DNA of 28,700 nucleotides, taken from the NCBI GenBank assembly GCA_964468455.1, contig CAYYKZ010000001.1:1-28700 (forward strand), in the 5' to 3' direction. Of the stretch, positions 9,584 through 18,699 are shown one piece after another. Under the pieces are notes generated by a model. It saw only the letters and a program-made list of their open reading frames with translations, ran no database searches and had not been told where the DNA came from. A program made the translations under genes and the position numbers. The stretch comes from an uncultured Leptospirales bacterium. Lineage in GTDB: Bacteria > Spirochaetota > UBA4802 > UBA5550. How positions within the stretch are numbered: position 1 is the stretch's first letter; every line of letters starts with the position of its first letter.

Positions 9584-10963
9584 ATGCATAAAACAGACAA
9601 TAATTATATAACTCTTAATTTTGAAGAGTTAAAATCAAATTTATACGAAATTAATAAAAATAACATACCAATCTGGAGAAAAAACAAGTCCGGGGCACTT
9701 GTAATATTACCTGCTGAAAAAATTGATATTTTTTTTGGAAAAGATGATATAGGAGATGTTTTATTTTATATCGAAAGCAGATGGAAAGATTCAATAAAAA
9801 AAGATTTCTATCCTTCAAAAGGGAGCACTCGGGATAAGAAAAATGTTTTTTTAAAGGAAGATCTTGAAATTGATGATCCATACCTCTCTAAACGTGAAGA
9901 GGTTCGCTCTCAAACTTTCGATGAAAGAGAGAATGAATATGACTATATTCTGGACATTATTTCCAGAATTGAAACACCAAACAAAATAATTGGAGCAGAA
10001 AATCTACCCGAATTGATTGACGCAATATCCGGGGCTTTTGTAATAAACAAAACATCCATTGAAGAAAATTATGACAGTGAATCACCTGAAGCTCGTGAAC
10101 ATCTTCGCAGGGTTGCCCGAAAAACTACAAGTATGGTTCAAAACTTCATGCAGATTCTGTCAAAAAATGAAGCAGCGAATAACTTTATAAATCTCCTCGG
10201 AGAAAAGTCTACAGGATCAACTGTTGATCATATGAATGGGGTTTTTATCACATTTGTTTCTTTCTGTTTTTATTATAATTCTTATTTTTCAAAAGGTAAA
10301 ATCGCTAAGCTAAGGCCGGAATTCAGATCCAGATATATAAAACTTTATGAAAAAATTATGCCTGAAAATCCGCCTGAGTCACTTGAAGATGTCTTTAAGG
10401 GGGGAATGAGAGGATTTGAAAATGATGAGATGCTTCATTTCAGCCTTGGTGCACTACTTCATGATATAGGGAAAATTGATAATATTGATTATTTTGAAGG
10501 CTCACAAAAGTATGACCGAAAAATAATTATGAAACACGCTCCTATAAGTTACAATATGATTGTTAAAACAAGAGAATTTGAATCAGTAGTGGCTTTACTT
10601 GCAGCATTACATCATGAGTATTATAACGATAAGTCAGGTTATGGAATTTCACGTATACTCTTTCCGGACCAGAACAGAAAGTTCAAGTCTCCTGTATATG
10701 CCATGTCATACAGTATAGATGATGTCCGGAAGGGAGCAGCACTTGCCTATGTACCTGCTAAAATTCTTGAGATAGTTGACGTCTTTGATGCTCTTACTGA
10801 TAAAAACAGAAAATACAGAGACAGGGAATTTACTGTTGATGAAGCATTGATTATTATGAAAGAGAATTTTGTTGAAAATGATACTAAATTAGATCCTATA
10901 CTTTTTTCAATATTTATTGATTATGTAAAAGATCATGCAACCTTAAAAAAGAATATTAAATAA
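9584..10963 (+). CDS. HD domain phosphohydrolase, HD-GYP-like (GYG variant)
   Basis: STVDH, LLHDIGK, MKH, HHEYYNDKSGYG, IVDVFDAL..NRKYR metal/substrate motifs. ATG 9584 is better placed to AGG than TTG 9578. Confidence 0.85.
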   Translation: MHKTDNNYITLNFEELKSNLYEINKNNIPIWRKNKSGALVILPAEKIDIFFGKDDIGDVLFYIESRWKDSIKKDFYPSKGSTRDKKNVFLKEDLEIDDPYLSKREEVRSQTFDERENEYDYILDIISRIETPNKIIGAENLPELIDAISGAFVINKTSIEENYDSESPEAREHLRRVARKTTSMVQNFMQILSKNEAANNFINLLGEKSTGSTVDHMNGVFITFVSFCFYYNSYFSKGKIAKLRPEFRSRYIKLYEKIMPENPPESLEDVFKGGMRGFENDEMLHFSLGALLHDIGKIDNIDYFEGSQKYDRKIIMKHAPISYNMIVKTREFESVVALLAALHHEYYNDKSGYGISRILFPDQNRKFKSPVYAMSYSIDDVRKGAALAYVPAKILEIVDVFDALTDKNRKYRDREFTVDEALIIMKENFVENDTKLDPILFSIFIDYVKDHATLKKNIK

Positions 10964-10987
10964 TCTTAAGGATGATTCAGATTTATT

Positions 10988-12097
10988 TTGAAAGTATTTG
11001 ATGATATAAAACTTGTAGTTTACGATCAGAACGAGATCAGCAATAGAATATCCTCCAGAATTATAAAAACAGCTGAAAGCCGGTCCAAAAAACTTTTACC
11101 TTTTTCTAATGATGAAGAGCTTGGCCGTATTATTGATGATTCTAAGAAATATTATTCATCAAAAGAAGTTCTAATATTGAAAAATTTTATGGGAAGAAAA
11201 TTTCAGAAATGCCCCGGTTCTCCCGGAGTAATATGCTGTAATTATTATCTGCTTAATACATGCTTTAATTGTCTCTATGACTGCACATATTGTTTTTTAA
11301 ACTCATACCTGAATTCATACGGTATTGTTCAGTTTACAAATCTTGATGAACTTGTTCCTGCTATGATGAATTTTACAGATCAAACTGACAAAATTATACG
11401 GATAGGTACAGGTGAGTTTACAGACTCCCTTATGTTTGATGATATAACAGGGATTAGTCGTGAATTAATCAATGAAACAGCTCATATAAAAAATCTTTTC
11501 CTTGAATTTAAAACAAAATCAGCAAATGTTGATCATATACTGGATATCAATAAAAAGGGAAATGCAGTACTTGCCTGGTCACTTAATACTGAAAAAAATA
11601 TTCTTGATTACGAAGCCGGTGCTTCCTCTCTGGAGGAGAGGCTTAATGCAGCTTATAAAGCCCAGCAGAGCGGATACTACATTGCTTTTCATTTTGACCC
11701 GATAATAAAATACGAAAATTATCTCGACGATTATCTTGCTATTGTAGACTTAATATTTAAAAAATTTAATCCTGAAAAATTAGTATGGATATCACTCGGC
11801 TGTTTCAGGTACAGCAGCGGTTTCAAAGATATTATAAAACATAAATATCCATTTGAAAAATTAACTGTTCAGGAAATGTTTCCCGGCATTGACGGTAAAT
11901 ACCGTTATTTAAAGCATGAAAGACTGCAGGTGTTTAAAGCTATGAGAAACCGGATTGCTTCCTATTCCTCTAAGCCCTTCGTGTATATGTGCATGGAAGA
12001 TAAAGAGATGTGGCAGGATGTTTTCAATATTGATTATAAAACATCTGATGATCTTGAAAATTCATTTTCAGATCATTTAAAACACAATTTTATCTGA
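10988..12097 (+). CDS. Spore photoproduct lyase-like radical SAM protein
   Basis: CLYDCTYC (CxxxCxxC), RIGTGEFTDS, EFKTKS, WSLN, FHFDPI, YMCME, a pattern typical of SplB-like proteins. Confidence 0.85.
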   Translation: MKVFDDIKLVVYDQNEISNRISSRIIKTAESRSKKLLPFSNDEELGRIIDDSKKYYSSKEVLILKNFMGRKFQKCPGSPGVICCNYYLLNTCFNCLYDCTYCFLNSYLNSYGIVQFTNLDELVPAMMNFTDQTDKIIRIGTGEFTDSLMFDDITGISRELINETAHIKNLFLEFKTKSANVDHILDINKKGNAVLAWSLNTEKNILDYEAGASSLEERLNAAYKAQQSGYYIAFHFDPIIKYENYLDDYLAIVDLIFKKFNPEKLVWISLGCFRYSSGFKDIIKHKYPFEKLTVQEMFPGIDGKYRYLKHERLQVFKAMRNRIASYSSKPFVYMCMEDKEMWQDVFNIDYKTSDDLENSFSDHLKHNFI

Positions 12098-12262
12098 TAA
12101 TGATATGTATAACTACGTTAAGTGAAAAATTTCAGGGGTTAGGTACTTTAATTTTTCATAATTAGCTCTGGAAAATTATTGTTGTTTTCTGGGAATCACT
12201 TTGTAACTATGCACAGTATCTTAGCATTATAAAAAACGTTTATTCAGTAAGGAGTTCGTATT

Positions 12263-13375
12263 TTGCAGAATCTTGATCTTAAAGAATGTCTCAGGGAGCT
12301 GGCCTTATTAAAAAAAAGAGCAGAAGATATGCTTGAATCAATGGGCATAAGCAAAATAAGGAAAAAGCTGCATGAACTGGAAGAACAGATACAGAAAGAT
12401 GATATATGGAAAGACCAGTCCGAATTTACCAGGATAAACCAGGAAATAAGCGGGATAAAACGTAAAATTGAACCATGGGATCAGCTTATTTCTGAGATTA
12501 CTGAATCATTTGAACTTCTTGAAATATCAATTGAAGAGGGGGATGATGATATTGCAAATGAGATTGCTCAAAATAGAGTTAGGTTTGAACAGAAGTTTGA
12601 TGAACTGGAAACTATTGAGCTGCTGTCAGATAAAGATGATATATGTAATGCATTTCTAACTATTCACCCGGGAGCAGGCGGTACCGAGTCACAGGACTGG
12701 GCAAGTATGATATTAAGAATGTACACAAAGTGGGCTGAAAAAAATCAGTATTCTGTTGAAGTAATAGATTATTCCGCAGGTGAAGAGGCGGGAATTAAGG
12801 ATGCGACAATTCTTATTAAAGGGGATTATGCTTTCGGATATCTTAAGGGCGAAAGCGGGGTTCACAGACTTGTAAGGATATCTCCATTTGATGCAAATAA
12901 AAGGAGGCATACATCATTTGCTTCTGTTGAGGTTATTCCTGAAATTGAAGAGGATATAGAAATAGAAATTAATGAAAATGATCTGAAAATTGATACATAT
13001 AGAGCTTCCGGAGCAGGAGGGCAGCATGTTAACAAAACAGATTCTGCTGTACGAATAACTCATATCCCTTCCGGAATTGTTGTACAGTGCCAGAATGAAA
13101 GGTCCCAGCATAAGAATAAATCATTTGCAATGAAAGTTTTAAAGTCCCGGCTTTATGAGTTTCAGAAAAGCCAATTAGATGAAAAAAAACAGGAAATGAT
13201 GGTTGAGAAAAAAGAGATATCATGGGGAAACCAGATAAGATCCTATGTTTTCCAGCCATATACTCTGGTAAAAGATCACAGAACAGGTGAAGAGACTGGT
13301 AGTATTGATTATGTTTTTGATGGAGAACTTAATCGATTTCTTTATGCATATTTAAAAAACAGACAATTATCCTGA
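12263..13375 (+). CDS. prfB: Peptide chain release factor 2 (continuous ORF, no internal frameshift)
   Basis: GAGGTESQDW, GESGVHRLVRISPFD (SPF anticodon), GAGGQHVN (GGQ), WGNQIRSYV; AAGGAG RBS before TTG start. Confidence 0.97.
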   Translation: MQNLDLKECLRELALLKKRAEDMLESMGISKIRKKLHELEEQIQKDDIWKDQSEFTRINQEISGIKRKIEPWDQLISEITESFELLEISIEEGDDDIANEIAQNRVRFEQKFDELETIELLSDKDDICNAFLTIHPGAGGTESQDWASMILRMYTKWAEKNQYSVEVIDYSAGEEAGIKDATILIKGDYAFGYLKGESGVHRLVRISPFDANKRRHTSFASVEVIPEIEEDIEIEINENDLKIDTYRASGAGGQHVNKTDSAVRITHIPSGIVVQCQNERSQHKNKSFAMKVLKSRLYEFQKSQLDEKKQEMMVEKKEISWGNQIRSYVFQPYTLVKDHRTGEETGSIDYVFDGELNRFLYAYLKNRQLS

Positions 13376-13389
13376 TCTGGAGGAATCCT

Positions 13390-14322
13390 TTGACATCTGA
13401 ACCAGTAAGTAAAAAAAATAAGCTTAAAAATTTTACAAAATCAGGTATAAGTATTGGAAGTGCCTTTGATATTGAATTAAAAAATATTGATTTAAGCGAC
13501 ACCATGGATAGTATTCAGGGTATTTCAAATTCAAAACGCTTATTCCTTGGCAGATTTAATGATAATGATCTGCTTACTTTAATTGAGTCAATAGGCCTTA
13601 AAAAACATTTATCATCAATGGGTTTTAATGAAATTATTGCCGATATTGATAAAGATGAAAACTATATAAATTATTTCCGGCTTTACTCAAAGGATAAAAC
13701 TCCTCAAAATCAGCTAATTGATCTCAGGGTCAGTGAAAACACTTTTATTCCTGATAAAAAATTTTTTGAACAGAAAGATGATCAAGTTCTTTATGATATG
13801 ATAACAATAGAGTGGCTTTCTGCCAAGAATCCGCTTAAATTTTTTGATGAAAAAAAACCTCAGCTTCCGGGACAGACTGACCCGGGACTTGGTGTACTGA
13901 AATACTGTTTTAAACTTCTCTATATTCTGGCAAAAGATGTGTACAAGGACGGTTTCCTGGATATCCCTGATCATATGCATGGAGCTATCATGTATTCCAG
14001 TAAATTCAAGTTTTTTGATCCTGTTCATGAAGGCATTCTAAGGGCAGTAATGCGCGACTTGAAAAAATATTCACTGGCAGACATATCCTGGGGTGTCATT
14101 ACTGAAACAATAATTGATAAAAATAAAAATGAACCTGCAGTATATGCTCCTTGTGAGCAAATACATTATGTTTCCAAAAGGATGAGGAAGTATTTTAAAT
14201 CTAAAAAATACAGGGCAACCTTCAATAAGTTTTATAAAAAGAAACATTATTACCTTGATTATAATGAAATGGTAAAAAAAAGAGATGAAATATTAAAAAT
14301 TAAAGCGATTGAAGATCTTTAG
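13390..14322 (+). CDS. Conserved hypothetical protein (LPGQxxPGLG motif)
   Basis: 310-aa ORF with GGAGGA RBS 5 nt before TTG; EWL..NP....QLPGQTDPGLG...DGF..IPDH.H pattern; function unknown. Confidence 0.75.
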   Translation: MTSEPVSKKNKLKNFTKSGISIGSAFDIELKNIDLSDTMDSIQGISNSKRLFLGRFNDNDLLTLIESIGLKKHLSSMGFNEIIADIDKDENYINYFRLYSKDKTPQNQLIDLRVSENTFIPDKKFFEQKDDQVLYDMITIEWLSAKNPLKFFDEKKPQLPGQTDPGLGVLKYCFKLLYILAKDVYKDGFLDIPDHMHGAIMYSSKFKFFDPVHEGILRAVMRDLKKYSLADISWGVITETIIDKNKNEPAVYAPCEQIHYVSKRMRKYFKSKKYRATFNKFYKKKHYYLDYNEMVKKRDEILKIKAIEDL

Positions 14323-14764
14323 GTGATATTATAGAAATGGAATTCATAATCTGAAGTTCGCGAATCTGTCTGGATAAATCCTCTGTATAAATAGCCAGAT
14401 TTTCCATATTATTTTTTTTTACTTCTGCAATTTCAGAAAGAATTTCCATTGAATCGGAAACTGTTTTTTTCAAATTATCTGAAACTTCAGCAGGCACCAG
14501 TTTTTTAAGCAGAATATCTTCAAAATTCCGGCCCGTATTTTTTTTAATATAATCTTTTTCGATGGATATATCGTAATCAAGCAGATGGATGCATTCAATA
14601 ATGTCAGACTCATCAGTAATGAGTTCAAAGATATCATCTTCCCTGTTATGTTTTAAAATTTCAGATATTTTTTTTTCAATTCTATGGAATCTGATAAGTA
14701 ATTCTTTTTTTTCGGTAAGTTTACACAATATTGAATTTAAGGAAGAATTAATATCATCCCTCAA
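14300..14764 (-). CDS. FlgN/FliT-like flagellar export chaperone (putative)
   Basis: 154-aa helical, coiled-coil-like protein overlapping the fliS stop by 11 nt; assignment rests on size, helicity and context. Confidence 0.55.
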   Translation of the reverse strand: MRDDINSSLNSILCKLTEKKELLIRFHRIEKKISEILKHNREDDIFELITDESDIIECIHLLDYDISIEKDYIKKNTGRNFEDILLKKLVPAEVSDNLKKTVSDSMEILSEIAEVKKNNMENLAIYTEDLSRQIRELQIMNSISIISPKDLQSL

Positions 14765-15185
14765 TGCTGAAACTACCCTTGGAACCTATATTGATGTTTT
14801 TATCTGACCTGGTCTCATTTGATGAAATCTGATCCCAGGCGTCGCGTAATTCCTTGAGAAGCTTGATTATGTGTGTAATAATCTGAGGATCTTTTTTGAT
14901 GTTAGCCTCAAGGAGCTGCTTTTTGAAATACATGTAAAGACTGAAAAGATTCCTTGATATTTCGCCACCCTCATCCATATTAAGAGATAAAAGAAGTTCT
15001 GTAACAATATCCTGAGCCTTGATGATGTTATTATTAACTATATCATATTTTTTCGGCTCCATGTTATCAAGTGCTATAGTCAGAAATTTTATAGCTCCAT
15101 CATAAAGCATCACTATCAGTTTTCCCTGATTTGCTGTGGTAATTTGAGTCTGCTTATATTGATTGTATGGATTTTTATTTAGCAC
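14754..15185 (-). CDS. fliS: Flagellar export chaperone FliS
   Basis: YKQTQITTA, KLIVMLYDGAIKFL, KAQDIVTELLLSLN, NL.SLY.Y, LRDAW; GTG start with AGGGG RBS. Confidence 0.95.
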   Translation of the reverse strand: MLNKNPYNQYKQTQITTANQGKLIVMLYDGAIKFLTIALDNMEPKKYDIVNNNIIKAQDIVTELLLSLNMDEGGEISRNLFSLYMYFKKQLLEANIKKDPQIITHIIKLLKELRDAWDQISSNETRSDKNINIGSKGSFSIEG

Positions 15186-15226
15186 TTATCAGCCCCTGTG
15201 TGGTAGTTTATTATATGTTTAATATA

Positions 15227-15253
15227 TTATCGTATAATAAACAATACAACTTA
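15227..15253 (-). promoter_or_regulatory. Candidate sigma28 (FliA) promoter for fliS
   Basis: Minus strand TAAG-N15-TACGATAA versus consensus TAAA-N15-GCCGATAA, ending 41 nt upstream of the fliS GTG. Confidence 0.6.
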
Positions 15254-15382
15254 ACCTGTTTAAATATATAAGTATTTGAAGTATTGTATTATTTTAAATT
15301 TCTGAATATTCAATGTTAATTTCTTAATTATAAATATTACAGATTATTCGTCATCTTTTAATTGTACATAAATAATATTTTT

Positions 15383-16270
15383 TTATTGAGACAAGACTTT
15401 TTTTATTTTCTCCATTATTTCCTGATATTTTTCTGATGTACCGGTAACAATCTCCTCTGGAAGTGGAGGAGGGGATGAATTTTTATCCCAGGTTGTAGTA
15501 TTAAGATAGTCTCTTATAAATTGTTTGTCAAAGCTTACAGGAGATTCACCCGGTTTATACAGATCAAGATCCCAGAATCTGGAGCTGTCAGGGGTTAAAA
15601 CCTCATCTATCAGTATTATTTCGTTATTCAGGTATCCGAATTCAATTTTTGTGTCAGCCAGAATTATTCCGGCTTTTTCCATAATACTTTTCCCATACTG
15701 ATAAACTTTTATTGTAGCATCTCTAAGAAATTCTGAGTCTTTTTCGCCAATTGATTTTGCCATTTCATCGTATGATATGTTGATATCATGACCCTGGTCT
15801 TCCTTTGTTGCAGGAGTAAAAATCGGCTTTTCAAATTCCTGAGCCATAGTAAGCCCCTTTGGAAGAGATATCCCGGATATAGAACCTTTTTCAAGATATT
15901 CTTTCCAGCCGCCACCAATAATGTAGCCTCTTGCAACACATTCATAATCAATTCTCTTTGTCTTTTTTACAATTACAGATCTGTCCTTAAAAATTTCCGG
16001 ATAATTTGAATAAGGTTTGGGGAAGTTGCTGAAATTGCTCTCTACAATATGATTTGGAAGAAAATCAATATTTTTAAACCATAAATTAGAAATAGTATTT
16101 AATACGATTCCCTTCCCGGGAATACCATTGGGAAAAATATAATCAAAAGCTGAAATTCTGTCTGTTGATACAATCAGCATATGTTCATCATCCACAGGAT
16201 AGAGATCTCGTACTTTTCCGCTGTATAATTTTTTTACTTCCGGTATTTCAATATTAATAAGTGGTGTCAT
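15383..16270 (-). CDS. purC: Phosphoribosylaminoimidazolesuccinocarboxamide (SAICAR) synthase
   Basis: LYSGKVRDLY, TDRISAFD, ILADTKIEFG, DEVLTPDSSRFW, DKQFIRDYL. Confidence 0.97.
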   Translation of the reverse strand: MTPLINIEIPEVKKLYSGKVRDLYPVDDEHMLIVSTDRISAFDYIFPNGIPGKGIVLNTISNLWFKNIDFLPNHIVESNFSNFPKPYSNYPEIFKDRSVIVKKTKRIDYECVARGYIIGGGWKEYLEKGSISGISLPKGLTMAQEFEKPIFTPATKEDQGHDINISYDEMAKSIGEKDSEFLRDATIKVYQYGKSIMEKAGIILADTKIEFGYLNNEIILIDEVLTPDSSRFWDLDLYKPGESPVSFDKQFIRDYLNTTTWDKNSSPPPLPEEIVTGTSEKYQEIMEKIKKVLSQ

Positions 16271-16274
16271 GGGT

Positions 16275-17714
16275 TTAACCTTCTAGTTTTTTTAATAATA
16301 TTTCATTAACAATTTGAGGGTTTGCTTTCCCTTTGGATTCTTTCATAACCTGCCCGACAAGAAATCCCAGGGCTTTAGACTTGCCGTTTTTGAAATCATC
16401 AACAGACTGTTTGTTTGCCTCTAATATTGAATCAATAATTTTTTCGATTTCACCTGTATCTGATACCTGACGCAGGCCTTTCTTTTCAACAATTGCCTCT
16501 GCATCAAGACCCGATTCGATCATTTCCCTGAAAACAGTTTTAGCTATTTTACCATTAATAGTATTATTTTCAACAAGCAGAAGAAGTGATGCCAGTTTTT
16601 CAGCAGTTACTGGAAATTCATCAATTTTTTCCGGGTCTTCAATCTGTCCCATCAGTTCACTCATGATCCAGTTTGAAGCTTTTTTGGGATCTGTTTTGTT
16701 GCTTATTACTTTTTCGTAATATTCAGCAAGCTGTCTTACTGATGTAAGTACACCTGCATCATATTCAGGGATTCCATATTGAGTAATAAAGCGTTCTTTT
16801 TTTGCGTCAGGAAGCTCCGGTAGATTTTCCTTAAGCATATTTATAAAATCATCTTCAATTATTACAGGGGGGAGATCCGGGTCAGGAAAATATCTGTAAT
16901 CATGGGCATCCTCCTTAGATCTCATGCTGTATGTTTTCATCAGATCACTATTCCATAAACGTGTTTCCTGTACAATACTGTCAAGCTCTCCGTTTTCAGC
17001 AAGTTCAACCTGACGGTTGAATTCATAATCAATCGCGGCTTTTACAAATTTAAAGGAATTAAGATTTTTTATCTCAACTTTCTGGCCAAGTCCGGTTTCA
17101 CCTTTCTCACGTATAGATATATTAACATCACACCTGAGACTCCCTTCCTCCATGTTAACATCAGATACTTCCGCATATTTCATTATAGTTTTAATCTTCT
17201 GTAAATACTCATAGGCTTCGTCAGCACTTCTCATATCCGGTTCTGAAACTATTTCAGCAAGCGGGACACCTGTTCTATTCAGGTCAACATAGGAGTTAGG
17301 ATCGCTGCTGTCTTCACTGTGGATCAGCTTGCCCGCGTCCTCTTCAAGGTGAAGCCGGGTAATACCAATACGTTTCTGAACACCATTACTGTTTATATCA
17401 ACAAAGCCATTAAGGCAAACCGGTTTATCGTATTGTGATATCTGATATGCTTTTGGAAGATCCGGATAAAAATAGTTCTTTCTGTCAAATTTACTGTAAC
17501 TGGCTATTTCACAGTTAATAGCCAGGCCTGCAATAATTCCCTTTTTAAGAACATCTTCATTCAGTACAGGCAGAACTCCCGGGAGGCCAAGACAAACAGG
17601 GCATGTCTGGCTGTTGGCAGGAGCTCCAAAACGTGTAGAGCAGCCGCAGAATATTTTTGTGTCGGTTTTAAGCTGTACATGGACTTCAAGTCCTATTACA
17701 GGTTCAAATTCCAT
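16275..17714 (-). CDS. gatB: Asp-tRNA(Asn)/Glu-tRNA(Gln) amidotransferase subunit B
   Basis: VIGLEVHVQL, RKNYFYPDLPKAYQISQ, HLEEDAGK, GSLRCDVNIS, YRYFPDPDL, GKANP. Confidence 0.98.
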   Translation of the reverse strand: MEFEPVIGLEVHVQLKTDTKIFCGCSTRFGAPANSQTCPVCLGLPGVLPVLNEDVLKKGIIAGLAINCEIASYSKFDRKNYFYPDLPKAYQISQYDKPVCLNGFVDINSNGVQKRIGITRLHLEEDAGKLIHSEDSSDPNSYVDLNRTGVPLAEIVSEPDMRSADEAYEYLQKIKTIMKYAEVSDVNMEEGSLRCDVNISIREKGETGLGQKVEIKNLNSFKFVKAAIDYEFNRQVELAENGELDSIVQETRLWNSDLMKTYSMRSKEDAHDYRYFPDPDLPPVIIEDDFINMLKENLPELPDAKKERFITQYGIPEYDAGVLTSVRQLAEYYEKVISNKTDPKKASNWIMSELMGQIEDPEKIDEFPVTAEKLASLLLLVENNTINGKIAKTVFREMIESGLDAEAIVEKKGLRQVSDTGEIEKIIDSILEANKQSVDDFKNGKSKALGFLVGQVMKESKGKANPQIVNEILLKKLEG

Positions 17715-18168
17715 AATTTCCTCTGTTTTATTTCTTGATTTATTTTTTCAACAAATATTATTAAGTATTTCCTAGTAATAATTACTGAAGTTGTATTTTA
17801 GCGTATAATATTATTTTCTGTATATGCCTTTTGCTGATTGGGTATCTTCATCTGAGTATTTATTTTCCTAAAAAAAGTTCAGGAGAAACTCCTGTTATTT
17901 CTTAACTTTTTCAGGATAGTATATACTGATTCAATATATAGTGTATCTCAATATTAAAAATATATATTTTTTTTAGCGGTTATTCCTTAATTTTTTTAAA
18001 CATGATTTTCTAAATATTACAGAAGATTTTTTCTGTATATTACTGAACAAACATTGATATTTTTTGTCAAGTAAAGTAAATAGGTAGTTTCAGCCTATAA
18101 ACCATTTTACTTTAATTTAATATTTTTATAAACTGTCCAATAATTAAAAATAAAGATATAATAATAAA

Positions 18169-18630
18169 ATGAAATTTAATAAAAATAAATTTTTTCTGTT
18201 ATCAGTAATACTCCTTTTTGCAGCAGGGATGTATACCGGAAATATTATTGGCAGAAATTCCGCAAAAGGAGGACCCTCGGGAATTGGCCCTGTTCTTGTT
18301 TTATTTTATCCGTCCAGTAATTATATAGATGCAGTAAAATTTCTTAACAGTAAAAATCCTCTAACAAGGCTGAGCGGTTATTATGCCTACGCCCAAAGCG
18401 GCCTTATTGATTTTGATTACCTCTATAACAGATTTATCGAGGAAGACCTGGATGTAATAAAAAATACTATAGTCTGGGCAGCGTCACAAAGCAGCAGTAC
18501 AGATGATGTAATAAAATTTTATGAGAAAATATATAATTCGGTAAATAAAAGAAACCGGGATATAATTCTAAATTATATTGAAAAAAAAGACAAAGAAATT
18601 TATAATGATTTTATTGAGAAAAAAAAGTAA
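18169..18630 (+). CDS. Hypothetical membrane-anchored protein (helical, possibly HEAT-like)
   Basis: N-terminal hydrophobic segment; amphipathic helices (LNSKNPLTRLSGYYA; EEDLDVIKNTIVWA); only long ORF in the interval; weak RBS. Confidence 0.65.
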   Translation: MKFNKNKFFLLSVILLFAAGMYTGNIIGRNSAKGGPSGIGPVLVLFYPSSNYIDAVKFLNSKNPLTRLSGYYAYAQSGLIDFDYLYNRFIEEDLDVIKNTIVWAASQSSSTDDVIKFYEKIYNSVNKRNRDIILNYIEKKDKEIYNDFIEKKK

Positions 18631-18699
18631 TAATTTATTAAAAGATGTTTTAAAAGAGTCCTGGAGTAAAAACTAAATAATATTCATTCGGGAGATTCT

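Noticed and set aside
12332-12337. CTT GAA in prfB as a relic of CTT TGA C
   Set aside because: It lies three codons upstream of the aligned frameshift position and has no SD-like element before it.
17880-18111. Small hairpins in the gatB upstream region (CAGGAG-AAA-CTCCTG; ACAGAA/TTCTGT; AAAGTAAA/TTTACTTT)
   Set aside because: Short AT-rich stems with no coherent fold or repeat unit. The minus-strand TTGACA at 18065-70 has no properly spaced -10.
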